Origin: Piromyces finnis finn
Taxonomy: Eukaryota; Fungi; Neocallimastigomycota
Length of the DNA: 64,000 nt
Reading direction: 5' to 3'
NCBI GenBank assembly: GCA_002104945.1
Contig: MCFH01000005.1
Span: forward strand, 930,001-994,000
The notes beneath the pieces are model-generated. The model was not told where the DNA came from and did no database searches. It saw nothing but the letters and a program-made list of their open reading frames with translations. The position numbers were made by a program, and so were the translations under genes. Positions 50,658-63,905 of this stretch are shown here, in pieces. Each line of letters begins with the position of its first letter. Within the stretch, counting starts at the first letter, position 1.

Positions 50658-51411
50658 GAATGTTAAAATAATCAATTTTCAAAGTATACTCACCAAAAAT
50701 AAATATTATTTTAATTTAAAAAATAATTACTAATATTCAAATAAATAATAAAAATAATAAATTATACTAAATTACCGAAACAAATATTAAAAAAATACTA
50801 ATATGTATTATTCAAAAAAAAAAAAAAGGTTGATATTGAAAAACTTGATTTACATCACTATCTTCCATTATTCTTTTCTGGTTTATGTGAAACTGAAGAA
50901 CCTTATGCATTCCTTGCTAGACAAGGTATTCATGACTTATTAGATAAAGGTGGTAATCGTATTCTTCCAGTAGTTCCTCAATTAATTATTCCAATTAAAC
51001 GTGCCTTGAATACCCGTGATCCTCATGTTATAGCAGTTACTTTAAAGGTTCTCCAACATTTAGTAGAATCTGCTGATATGGTTGGAGAAGCTTTAGTTCC
51101 ATACTACCGTCAAATTCTCCCAATATTTAATTTATTTAAAAATAAAAATGGTAAATATATATATTATAAACTATATATAATGTAATTGATGATGATGATA
51201 ATAATAATAGTAATAATAATAATATATTAAATTTTATTTATTTAATAAAGTAAATATCGGTGATAAAATATATTATTCTCAACAAAAAAGAGAAAATATT
51301 GGAGATTTAATTGAAGAAACTTTAGAAAAATTTGAATTAACTGGTGGTGAAGACGCTTTCATTAACATTAAATATATGATTCCAACGTATGAATCTGTAT
51401 TATCAAGGTAA
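50228..51411 (+). CDS. PACRG: Parkin co-regulated gene protein (axonemal inner junction); exons about 50228-50321, 50523/50539-50618, 50830-51150, 51252-51411
   Basis: Not in the ORF track: [26 protein letters not shown]|[76 protein letters not shown]. First intron boundaries are ambiguous. Confidence 0.95.
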
Positions 51412-52170
51412 ATTAAATATATATATAAATGAAAGTATTAACTATTTCTCATATCAATAACAAATTATTATTGTTTATATATTATATAGAAATTAAAGAT
51501 ATCCGACATATAATATTCAATTCAACTATATAATCATAATAATACCTCTGCAAATTTCATTAGTTCTTTGTTGTTTTCTTTATTAATCATATTTAATGAA
51601 TATTTAGTACTTTAAAATCATTTTACATTTAATTTATATATCCTTAGTTTTTACATCATAATTTATGAATAGATAATATAAAAAGATATACATTTTGACA
51701 ACCTAATAATTCATCATTATATATATACAATGATTTTTTTTTATTACTCAATCTTAAAAACTTTTTTATATAGTAAAATTAATTTACAAACATATGAAAA
51801 AAATTAATAATAATGTAAATAAAAATTATATTTTATTAATATGTTTATTAAGAATAAATAAATAAAAAAATGTATTATAAACATGTTTAATAAAAATATA
51901 ACTCTTTAAAAAATATTTTATTTAAATATATATATCATTCTTTTTTAAAAAAACAATAACTCTTTTAAATAATATTAATTTTACAAAAAAAAAAAAAAAG
52001 TATTCTTTTTTTATTAATTTTAAATATAAATGTTTAAAATAAAATTTATAAAATTTAATTAAAAAAAATATTTAAAATTTTATTTATCTTTTAGATATTT
52101 GAATAGTTGCATTATAATTTTAAAGAATTTCTTAAAATTTATTAAATGATTTTAAAATATTATATAAATA

Positions 52171-54634
52171 ATGACTAAATGTTTTATCTATGTATTATTA
52201 CTTTTAATTTATACAATTAGTTGTTATGCTAATGATATACTTAAAGAGCATGTGGTCATCAAAGAAAATAATGTATGTCAAAAAAATTTATACACCCCCT
52301 CTTCTTTATATTTTTATATATTATAATTGCTTAAATAAAATTAATGCTCCACTTTTATTATTATTATTATTATTATTCTAACAACCATATATATCATATT
52401 TACCACTTTTCTAGATAAAATCAAAATTCACCAATATTAAAAAGGCTGGTCGTGATTATCATGAAATAGAAAATAAAGATGAAAAAAGATCATACTCAAA
52501 CTATTATCATAACTTAATTTTTTATGATGATAATATTGAATTTATTTCATCGTCTTGGAATATCTACGCTAAAACAAGGGGTACAAAAATATATACAATT
52601 AACCGTAACAGAAATTCTAATATATGCAATAAGATGCGAAAGTATTATGATATTCCTCTAATTATCAAATTTGCTGAAAATGGTTTAGTTTCATTTCAAT
52701 ATAAATATTATTTAGACATTGAAAAATTGGATTCTTTTTTAGCCTTTATTAATGTAATTAAATGATATTATAAATATATATATACAACATATATTTATAA
52801 TATTGTACCATATAATATTGCAATAATAAACTTTATTATGGATAACATTTAATTAACATATAAAAAAAATTTATATAATAATACAATATTAAAAGTATAT
52901 TCATCCACATTTTTCAATATCAGTTGCATATTTATCAAAAAAATATGAATATAATGAAATTGAATTAATGGAACATACAATAACTACTTTTAAACACCAA
53001 GAAGTAATAATAAAATAAAATAAATAATTCATTATTTTTTAATAAAACTATTCACATATATATTTAATTATTGTCTTCCATACTAAAAATAATAAATTCA
53101 TAAATTCATGGGTATATTATATATTTTTTAATAATATATATATAATATTAGACAGATTGGAAAAAAATAAAATACATTTTGAAAATGCCTCAATACAAGC
53201 ATTCATACAAATTTTTGGTAAAGGAATAAAATGAGATTTTTACAATAATCTTATTTTTCAAATTTCTTTTTTTTTTTTTATTATTATTAAAAAATAACAA
53301 TACAACTTTATTAATAATCAAAAATATTCACAATAAAAAATTAAAAAAAAAAAATCAATAGCTTATAAGAAATAATGGACCGCCAAATACTCTCTATATT
53401 GGGTCGTCTATGTTTTTATCAGATGATTTTGTTTTCTATTCAGATGAAGGAGGTGTTAATACGGATTATATATACCTTACAGGAACAGATTTGACAAATA
53501 TTAATAGAAATGGTTTCTTTTCGATTACCTCTCTAACATCTATATTAAATTTTTCATTAGTATTTAATGAAGATATAGAAAAACCTATTAGTAATCTAGA
53601 TAATTTTGATGGACTATCATTTTTCTTAATTGTAAGTAAATATAATATTTATACTACAAAAATTACAATATTTTTATAAAGGATAAAAAAATTGATCAAG
53701 TTAAGTAATACTTTTTATTTTTTTTATTTTTTTTTTTTTTAGAAATCTTCACCAGCATATGTTAATATTGAATTCACTATTAATACAAGTAATGGAGAAT
53801 ATTCGACAACACATACTATAGCTATAGATGTAATATATTTAATTTAGAATTTACTTATTATACATTATTCTTAAAAAATAAGCTTATTGACATAAAATTC
53901 ATATTTTAATATGAATAATTTAAAATATATAATAATAACAAATAGAAATCAGTTGTTTCTATTATGTTTGATTTTCGCAATTTTCATGGATATAATTTCC
54001 TAACAGAAAATACAGATAGTATTTCCTTTTCATTTGAATCTAGCGATCTAAACTGTATTTTTAGAATACGTCAAATAATTGGGCATATAGTAATTAATAG
54101 TTTCTATGTTTACATAATACTAAATACTTTAAAATTATAAATTAAATATTTAAATTTCTTTTGATATATTATAATAATTATAAAAATCAACTTTTTCATT
54201 ATATATAATAATTTATAGAAATATCCAGAAGAAAGACATTTTGATTATGTTTTTAATCGATATGAAAATAAAACATATGAGCCATCTTATTTTGAAGTAG
54301 AAGATACAGAAAAATATGTAAAAAATCAATGTTTAATTGTTGTAAGTTTTTTTTTATTATTATTATTATTTTTGAATATATATTTTTATCTACAGACTAT
54401 ATTATTACAATAAAAATTTATAATAATATTTTTTTAACTTTTTAAATTGTATATACATCAAATTATTCTATGTTTTAAAAGACTGGTAGAGATTTATTGG
54501 AAAACAAAAGAAATCTTAAAAAATCTATAATTTTTGCTGGCATATGCGGTGCTTTAATTATTTTTATAAATGTTATTTTCTTATTTAAATTCAAAGTTTT
54601 TCAGGATGAACCAAAAAATCATCCTAATTATTAA
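52171..54634 (+). CDS. Uncharacterised type-I membrane protein, 463 aa; join(52171..52272,52415..52753,52896..53003,53152..53217,53362..53631,53743..53829,53946..54089,54219..54341,54482..54634)
   Basis: Nine exons, each with GT-AG borders and a length divisible by 3, give one open frame. Signal-peptide-like N-terminus (MTKCFIYVLLLLIYTISCYA) and a C-terminal TM helix (IIFAGICGALIIFINVIFLF). Confidence 0.75.
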
Positions 54635-56783
54635 TAGCAAAAAGAAACGGATTTTCAATAATTATTATGGTTTAAATTCTATGTTATAATAATCAAAAGA
54701 ATTACATCAGCAGAACGATACCACTGATAAAATATAACATGAATAATATTGATGCAGTAAAAAGATATAGAATATTTTTGTCTAAAATAAATAAATGTGG
54801 AGATTTATTAAATATCTATATTATTATTAATACCAAATATATATATTATTAGGAATATGGAATAAAATGCTAATTAATACGAATTAAAAATGACAAAAAT
54901 ATAAAAAGATCTTGTTGTTATGCATGAAAAGATGAGAAGGAGTAATAATTACGAATTGGTACAAATTAAAACAAAACTATTTTTTAAGCACAGCAATATT
55001 TGATAAAGTACTATAAAAATAATTATTTGGTTATATTAAAAATCGTAATTTTTCATTATAATAATGATGATGACGATGATGATGAAGTTATGAAATTACA
55101 TGTAATTTTATAACGAATTTAAATGATAATTTTTTTTTTGAAATATATGAGAATCAAATTTAAGAGAATTATAAAATGAGGTTATAATTAATGTTAATAA
55201 AATATTAGAACAAAAATTAGTATAATAATTCAAAAAAAAATAATAATAATAATAATAGAAATTAAAAAAGTAAAATAAAAATAAAATAGAAATTATAAAT
55301 AATTAATACTTTATAATATTCGTATTTTTATATAACATATTATAAAATTATTGATTTCTTTGTGTGAAAACGTATAGTTAACATTTTTATTATTATTACT
55401 ATTATTATTATCTTTCCTTTTCATATTTATTATATGAAAATATGAAAAAATTGATATGTTTATAATAACAAATATTGCAATACTTGGGTAAATATTATTA
55501 AAAAAGAAAATGAAATTATAGTTAACTGAAAATAATATGTAATTTATTATTATTTTCTATTTTCTATTTTCTATCTTTTTAACGCGTTTTTAGCATAATA
55601 AAAAAATTTATTATGTTAAAAACGCATTAAAATTAGTGATTCCTTTTCATATATAAATACTAATTTTAAAGCTATGGAATATATTGAAAAAGTAATAAAT
55701 AAAACGAATAATAGTTATTCAATAATTATATATACAATAACATTTATTAATAAAAAAAAAACTACCATTATTAAAATTTAATAATAAACTGTTTCAAGAG
55801 AAGAAAATTGACCATTATATTTATTAATAGTTATTATTAGTACTACTTTTATTAATTTTAGTATATTTTATATTCAATTAATTATCTTTATTATAGTTTA
55901 ATATTGAAAATTTTAATAAAAATGTATATATATATATATATGTAATTAATAATTAATATAGGATTGATAATATACAAACAAAAAAAAAAGTAAGCAACTT
56001 TTTAATAAAAGAAATAAAAATTTTAATTTTTATAGGTTTGATAATCTAATAAAAATTCATTATCACTACCGAAAAAAAAAAAAAAAAAAATTTAGCCATA
56101 GAAAAAATATTGGTTTGGTTAAAATGAACCGTTAAGCATTTTATCGTTAACTATAAATCCTGGCAAAGGTTTTTTTTATCTAGTAAAAATTCTGACTAAA
56201 ATTTTTTATTGGATGTTTATATTTAAATAATTAATGATAACCTCTTGTTTGATTTATAATATAAATAATTTATAGGTAAAATATCTTTACATTGTATTTT
56301 ATTTAATTTTATAAAATTTAATACTTATTTATGGACTTCAATAAAAATATCCATGTCCATTGATATTTAATTATTAATTTATTCCCATTCAAAATACATT
56401 AACAAAAGTATTTTAAAAGAATTTTTTTTTATATATACTTTTTTATACAATTGATTATAATAATATTATTATAAAACTATAATTAACTTTAATTCTTATT
56501 TCGGATCTATTTCTTATCATAATTTTTTATTTAATATAGTTTTTGAGTTTTTTTTAACAATTTTTTTTAAATATGAAATTTACTCTCTAAAGTTTTATTC
56601 TATTGTCATTTTATTTTAGTTTTAATTTTAAAATCTCTTTTTAAATGTTACTCAAAATTAGTCAATTTCTTATTGATAATATAAAATAAACATGTTTATT
56701 ATAAATAAATTAGTTTTTAAATCTATCCAAAGAATTCAAAAATTAAAAAAAAAAAAAAATTATAAAATCAATGATTATATACA

Positions 56784-58002
56784 TCACATGCATTGAGAAT
56801 ACCATTGATTTACATAATGACAGATTAATCCAGACAACAAGTAGGACCGTGGTAATTTTCACCACCACATTGACTCCACTTAGTAGCACATTGTTTATTT
56901 ATATCATTGGTACTTGTAGATGAAGCATTAGCAGTGATGGTGATAGTTTCCTTTTTGGTTAATGTAATTGTTTTTGGAGCACAGGTATTATTTGAAATAG
57001 TTTTAGAGGTGCTACTAATTGTTGGGATAACTTTACTGGTAGTAGTAGTAGTACTAGTAACTGTTGGGATAACTTTACTGGTAGTAGTAGTAGTACTAGT
57101 AACTGTTGGGATAACTTTACTGGTAGTAGTAGTAGTACTAGTAACTGTTGGGATAACTTTACTGGTAGTAGTAGTGCTAGTTACTGTTGGGATGACTTTA
57201 CTGGTAGTAGTAATGCTTGGAATAATTTTGGTACTACTTGTTAAAGTATTTTGCTTAGTAGTAATGTATTAGTATAAGTGGTGGTACAAGTATTGCTCTT
57301 GACAACTTTTGTAGTAACTTTATATGCTTTTTCAAAGCAATATAAAGTTTTATCCTTGATGATATTCAGTTGTCTTTTCATTCAAATTAACATTGCCCAT
57401 AACGAATGTTGATAAAGGAGTATAGAGATCATCGTAACCAACGACAACAATGTCAGTATCTTCGAAATTTACGTTTGGACAAGTAATTCTAGTGTAAGTT
57501 AGTAATGGATAGGCGTAATTACCAGTAATTATACGTGGTTCACATTTTTCGTAACTCTTGGTACAAACTTCATAAGTTTCTGGGACAACTGATAAAATAG
57601 GAATAGTGGTTTCTTCTGCCTCACTTAAAATTGTAGATTTTGAAGGTTTTACTTTGAGAGAGGAAGTAACCATGGTGGATCCAGTTTCTGTACTACATTC
57701 GACGGTACTAGAAAGAGTTTTAGTACTAATTATTGGAATGGATTTTCCAGTAGTAATATTAATATTAGTGGTTGAGGAAACTGTCTTGGCATTGCTGGAA
57801 CTTTGAGTAGTTGTAGAAACAATATGGATTAGGTTCATGAACTATTATATTATCTTTTGATAAATTTTCTTGATTATATCTAAGGGTTTTACATTTCCGT
57901 TGAACTACACCACTATATTATAATGTATGTTTTCAAATTTGACACAATGTGTATAGTATGAATATAAAATATTAATAATTCTAAAATAGTTAATAACCTC
58001 AT
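56784..58002 (-). pseudogene. Secreted Thr-rich protein with a C-terminal CBM1 cellulose-binding module, frameshifted
   Basis: C-terminus CATKWSQCGGENYHGPTCC/SGLICHYVNQWYSQCM* is a CBM1. Hydrophobic N-terminus from the ATG at 58002. Frameshifts near 57900-57830, 57360, 57265 and 56838. Confidence 0.8.
57021..57225 (-). repeat. 42-bp tandem repeat, about 5 units (TSKVIPTVTSTTTT linker)
   Basis: Unit starts at 57021, 57063, 57105, 57147 and 57186 (one unit is 39 bp). Confidence 0.9.
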
Positions 58003-60386
58003 TTTCTTTATATATTTTTATTATTTTATTTTTTTGTTTTTGTTTTTTTATTTTATTTTTTCTATATATTTTATCCTTTGCTTTTTATTATATTATTCCT
58101 TTATTTTTTTAATTAAAAATATAATCCAATAAATAAAAATAGTAATTTATATCATCTACTAATTCTATATAGTATTAAATAAATTATTGAATTTATACTT
58201 TTTGAGTTTTTTACTTGAATAACTTATTCCATTTCAAACCTTTTATATAAAAATTTCTTTATCCCTATCTATATAAATTATTTTATTTAAATATAAAGTT
58301 TACGTTATAATCTATACAGACTATCCCATCTTGTTACATAACCAGATCATATATTATATTATATATTAATATATACTATAATAAAATAGAATAGTGTGTA
58401 ACTTTAAAAGAATTTTTATAGAACTTTTATGGAAAATTAAATAAAACTTTAATATGTATTAAATATAAAACGATTTTGTGTTTTGTGGATTTTTGTACTA
58501 CATTCTTGAATTTTTTAATTATAATTAAAGTTTATAATTATATAAATGTTAAATAATCCACAATAAGAAAAAGCATATGACTAAAGATAAAAAAAATAAA
58601 TAAAACACAATATTTACCTGGATTGGAAGCAATAATGATTATATGATTCATAGATCATAATCATATATAATAATATATATATAATAATAAAATAAAGTTA
58701 ATCAATGTCTTTGAATAATTATAAAAATTATGTTTACTTACATTGAAAATATATATAATTGGAGCAGGAAAATTATTAATCTTAAATATTCCACCATTAG
58801 ATAAAGCATCATTAAACAACATAAACTCTTTAATACTTCCTTTAATAATAAGCTAAAAAGTTAGCCCAAAAATATAAGGATATAAATATTATTGTTTATA
58901 ATATTAAAGAAGAATATAATTATGTTATGGAAAACTATAAAAAAATATATAGTTCTTTTAAGAAAAATGTTCTAAATAGTTATCAAATAAAACTAATGAT
59001 CTTAAAAATTACTTTTGGTTTGACTGTTTACATATTTCTTTTAGAGAAAACAAAATTCTAACAAAAGACATTTCATACTTTGATTTTATTATTGGATAGG
59101 TGAAATAAATAAAATCAATTTTTGTATAAATATGTATAGCTAACTATTTAAATTATTAACTTTTATTTGAACTTTTTTTTTTATATATTCTTGTTAACAG
59201 TTAAAATTAATATTTTTTTAAATATTTTACATATTTTATTAGATAATTGTAGATACATAATATCATAATATACATATTTTGATGTTATTCATGATTAAAA
59301 AAGAAACACGGTTTGTTTAAACAATTATTATTATTATATTTTAAAATATGCCAAAATTTTCTGTTTTTAATAAATCAAGTAATATAAAAAAAAAGCTTTC
59401 ATTAAATATGATTTTTTAATCTTTTGATTAAATAATAATTAATAATTATAACAGCTATTCATAAAATGAATTATTTATATATAAAAATAATATTAACTAA
59501 AGTAAATAATATAAAGTATAATAGAGTAATAAAATTAATTGAAATATCAGTGTCAAATAACGTTTTATTTATTATAGTTATAAATAAGTTATTATAAAAG
59601 GTTAGATATTGAATATTCTATAATCTAACCATTATATTTATTTTAAAAGTCTTTATTTGACACCCAATCAAAATATTTCATCTATAAAAAAACTTAATTT
59701 TTTATGTATGAAATATTTTTAAATTTTGGAAATGAAAAATGGAAAAAACTTAAAATAAAATTGGATGTTAAGTCTTTTTCTAATCATTTTTTTAATTAAA
59801 AAGGCTTAATATTTAGTATTAAAGTTTTTTTTTTCACCTATTTTTTAATTAATAAAACTTAATAGTTGGCGTTAAAACCTTCTCTAACTTTTTTTTTTTT
59901 TTTTTAAAAAAATACATTGTATGTATATCAATAAAAAGATAATGTAAAAGTATTTTTATTATTTTTTTTTATTTTACTATTTTGATTATAAAAATCTGGA
60001 TTTTATAAATGTTCTTAAAATGATATGTTCTTTCTTTTCTTTTCTTTCTTTTTTCTTTCTTTTTTATTTTTATTTTTATTTTTATTTTAATATAAATTTT
60101 TTTTTCTTTCAATTGCAAAAGAAAACATTTTTTATTTTATTTAAAAATTGATAGGTTAGAGGCACCCGAAAATTTTAATTTAAAAGAAATATAATTTTTT
60201 TTTTTTTTTTAAAATTTTTTTATTTAAATAAAATTTAAATTTCAAATTTACAATAATATATATTTCTAAAAAAAAAAAGAAACATAAATGAAAAAAGATA
60301 TAATATTATAAATATTATAAATTATAATTATATTTAACTGTCTTCACGTCTTAAATTCTAAAAAAAAAAAAAAAAAAAAAATAAAT

Positions 60387-63344
60387 ATGGAAGAAATTTC
60401 AGAACTTTTTAATTATAAATTATTAAAATTAATAAGGAAAAATGAAATAGAATTACTTAGAGATTATTTTTATCGAAAGCTTAACATAAATAAGATAATA
60501 AGTCCAGTTATTAATAACCAACACCTTTTATTACGTGCAATAAGTTATAAATGTTTAAAGACAGTACTTGATTTTTTTATTCAATTAACAACAAATTATA
60601 ATTTTGAAACTACCGAAGGTTGCACACCTCTTTTTTGTGCACTTGAATACGATAATTTTTATGTTGCTACTGTATTATTAAATAAAAAGCTTGTTGACAT
60701 CAATTGTAGAAACAGATTTGGTGAAAATGCTTTAATGTACCTTCATAGAAAAGATAAAATTACTAAAAATAAAAAAATTTTAACTTTTTTATTAAAGAAT
60801 GGAATAAATATTAACTATAAAAATTCTAAAAAAGAATCTTATTTAAGTTATGTTGTTCGATTTAAAAATGAGGATTACATTCGCACTATTTTTGGCCATT
60901 ATATGTTTGATACTAATTTCATTATTAACCTTTTAATTCTTTCAAAGTATAAAATTAAAACAAGTTATTCTATTTTAAAACAAATGGTTGATAATGAGTT
61001 TTCTAAAGTTGAAATTTATGACGATTTATATTTCTTAGCTGTTGAACATAACACCGCTCCTGTAATGAAGACTTTACTTGAATATGATGTTCATTTTAAT
61101 GATAAAAATTGTAGTAATAAATTATTAATATTAGCAAGTTTAGTTAAAAATTTAAGCATTATTGATGCCTTAGTTCAGAATGGTGTTGATATTAATAAAC
61201 GTTCTAAATCATTTGAAGAAGATTCCGCTTTAATGAGTGCATGCAAAGTAAAGAGTTATGGTCAATATATACCCCAAATTACAGAACAAAATAGAGATGA
61301 TTATATTTTTGCTATGACTCAATATTTTGTTGACCATGGTGCTATTATCAATGAAACAAATAAATTTGGTTATACCCCTCTTATCTATGCTAGTAAATAT
61401 AATAATTTCAAAGCTATGAGATATCTTGTTGAACATGGTGCTGATATTAATGCTAAAAATAACTTTGATTATTCCCCATTACTTTATTTCAGTCAACATG
61501 ATAATCTGGAAGGTGTTTATTATTTAGTAGAACATGGTGCAAATATTGATGATAGCGAAAGAAGTGGTGATACCTCGCTGATGATAGCATGTAAAAATAA
61601 TTTTGATGAAATTATGAAATATTTAGTAGAAAAAAATGCTAATATCAATGCTAAGAATAGTTGGGGCCATACTCCCTTAATGTATGCTAGTGAAGCAGGT
61701 AATTTAATGACCGTACAGTATTTATTGAATCATGGTGCTAATATTAACGAAAAAAATAATAAAGGTGATACCCCTGTTCTCTTAGCATGTAAATTTAATC
61801 ATTTTAAAGTTATGGAATTTCTAATTATTAATGGTGCAAATCTTCATGAAATTGGACAAGAGGGAAAATCTATCATTATGTATTCAGCAATGAAAAAAGA
61901 TATTCGTTACTTAAATACTATATTTGAAGCAGAAATATATCAAGGTCAAAATCAACTAATGTTAGAAAAGTATGAGCAACGTAATCAATCTCGCATTATT
62001 AAAGATATTAATGTGACAGATCAATTAGGATTTACTGCCTTAATGCATGCTGTTATTAATGGTAATAAAGAAAATGTAAAGTATCTTATTGACCATGGAG
62101 CAGATGTTACTATTAAGAATAAACGAGGTCAAACTGCTGCCTTTTTTGCTATTAATAGTAGTAATAAGGAAATAGTTAAATTACTAATTCGTAGTGATCA
62201 TGATCTAATTAATAATAAGGACGAATTAGGCGCAAAATTATTATTATTTGGTGTTAAAAAGGGAAATCAAGATATTGTTGAATTATTATTGGAATTGGGG
62301 GCTAATGTTAACCATACCAATAGTAAAGGTGAAACAGCTCTTTTCCATGCTATTAAAATTTGTGATGATGAAATTGCAATTCAATTAATTAATAAAGGAG
62401 CTAATGTTAATGCTCAGGATATTAATGGGGATACTCCAGTAATGATAGCAGTACGTTTAGATGTATTTGAAAGTTGTTATATGACAAAGATATTAATAGA
62501 ACATGGAGCTGATATATTAATGCGTAATAACAATGGTGAAACTCCATTACATATGGCTTTAAGAAAACCAAAAACAGTTGTACTACGATTTTTAATTTCA
62601 CATGGGGCTGATATGAATGAAGAGAATTTTGCGGGTGAAACACCATTAATGTATGCTATAAAGATACAAAACTTTGAAGGTTTTGAAATTTTAGTAGATA
62701 GAGGTGCAGACATTAACTATAGAAATGCATTTGGTCTTTCCGTCTTTATTTATATTATTCAATTAAAAATACCTGAATATTTAAAGATTGCCTTTTTAAA
62801 AATGTTAATACGTCATGGAGTAGAAGTCAATGCTCAAGATTATCATGGTAAATCTGCATTATTTTATGCAATTAAAAAGAATTCACCAGATCTTGTCCAA
62901 TTCTTATTAGAAATTGATGAAGTAGACATCAATTTAACAGACCGTTTTAATCAGACTCCTTTAATGGTAGCAAGTAAAGGTAATAAAAATCCAGAAATTT
63001 TGAAGCTTCTTATCGCTTATGGTGCTAATCCAAATATTCAAGATAATAATGGAAAAACTTCACTTATATACCTTTGTGGTAATAAACGTTACTATCAAGA
63101 TCCATCTATTATTGAATATATTATAGATAATGGTGCTGACCCATTAATTAAAGACAGTCAAGGTAAAACTCCATTAATATGGGCTAGTAAATGTAAAAAA
63201 ATTAAAGTAGTAGAGACTTTAATTCATAAAGGAGCTACTGTTAATGATAAAGATAATTTTAATCATACTGCACTTACTTATGCTATTAAACATCAATATA
63301 ATGATATTGTTAACATTTTAAAAACCAATGGTAGTCAAATTTAA
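60387..63344 (+). CDS. Ankyrin-repeat protein, 985 aa, roughly 20 repeats, intronless
   Basis: Repeated G.TPL..A....N...V.YL...GA.IN units along the whole ORF; no catalytic domain seen. Confidence 0.95.
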   Translation: MEEISELFNYKLLKLIRKNEIELLRDYFYRKLNINKIISPVINNQHLLLRAISYKCLKTVLDFFIQLTTNYNFETTEGCTPLFCALEYDNFYVATVLLNKKLVDINCRNRFGENALMYLHRKDKITKNKKILTFLLKNGININYKNSKKESYLSYVVRFKNEDYIRTIFGHYMFDTNFIINLLILSKYKIKTSYSILKQMVDNEFSKVEIYDDLYFLAVEHNTAPVMKTLLEYDVHFNDKNCSNKLLILASLVKNLSIIDALVQNGVDINKRSKSFEEDSALMSACKVKSYGQYIPQITEQNRDDYIFAMTQYFVDHGAIINETNKFGYTPLIYASKYNNFKAMRYLVEHGADINAKNNFDYSPLLYFSQHDNLEGVYYLVEHGANIDDSERSGDTSLMIACKNNFDEIMKYLVEKNANINAKNSWGHTPLMYASEAGNLMTVQYLLNHGANINEKNNKGDTPVLLACKFNHFKVMEFLIINGANLHEIGQEGKSIIMYSAMKKDIRYLNTIFEAEIYQGQNQLMLEKYEQRNQSRIIKDINVTDQLGFTALMHAVINGNKENVKYLIDHGADVTIKNKRGQTAAFFAINSSNKEIVKLLIRSDHDLINNKDELGAKLLLFGVKKGNQDIVELLLELGANVNHTNSKGETALFHAIKICDDEIAIQLINKGANVNAQDINGDTPVMIAVRLDVFESCYMTKILIEHGADILMRNNNGETPLHMALRKPKTVVLRFLISHGADMNEENFAGETPLMYAIKIQNFEGFEILVDRGADINYRNAFGLSVFIYIIQLKIPEYLKIAFLKMLIRHGVEVNAQDYHGKSALFYAIKKNSPDLVQFLLEIDEVDINLTDRFNQTPLMVASKGNKNPEILKLLIAYGANPNIQDNNGKTSLIYLCGNKRYYQDPSIIEYIIDNGADPLIKDSQGKTPLIWASKCKKIKVVETLIHKGATVNDKDNFNHTALTYAIKHQYNDIVNILKTNGSQI

Positions 63345-63668
63345 ATAATTTATTATTTTTATTTACTGAATCTTTTTTTTCAATAAAATAAATATGTAAT
63401 AAATAATATTCATCAATAAATAACTATACCAATAAATCATACTCAATTATTAAAATTATATTTATAAATTCTACACTTCCAACTGTTAAAAAAAATCTTA
63501 TTTATTTAATAACTCCAACAAAAATTATCACACTTTAAATTTATAGCTTTTAATTTTTAAATTTTTTCTTTTTATTTTTAATAATTTTATGCATAACTAC
63601 AATTTTTATTAATATTCTATAATAGAAAAAATAACATTATTTCTATTTAATTTTTTATAAATATTTTT

Positions 63669-63905
63669 CAACACTGATAACTGCTACTATCGATATTCTA
63701 ATAAAATTTTTACTAAATTATAGTAATAATTAATTTAGAATATAAGATAGTGCATTATCAGAGTTTAGTTCTTTATTTTAATTTTCAGATACATTTTACT
63801 ATACTCAACACTGATAACTGCTACTATCGATAATCAAATTTTTAGGTACTACTAAAGTTTAATAATATGCTCCTTCTGATTATAAGATAGTGCATTATCA
63901 GAGTT
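63669..63905. other. Two tandem ~100-nt hairpin units (63669-63765 and 63806-63905) with identical arms and different loops
   Basis: Left arm CAACACTGATAACTGCTACTATCGATA and right arm TATAAGATAGTGCATTATCAGAGTT are identical in both units and are imperfect reverse complements of each other. Confidence 0.85.

Noticed and set aside
63669-63905. CRISPR array or true integron
   Set aside because: Only two units made of two different alternating arms, no cas genes, no integrase and no cassette ORF between units.
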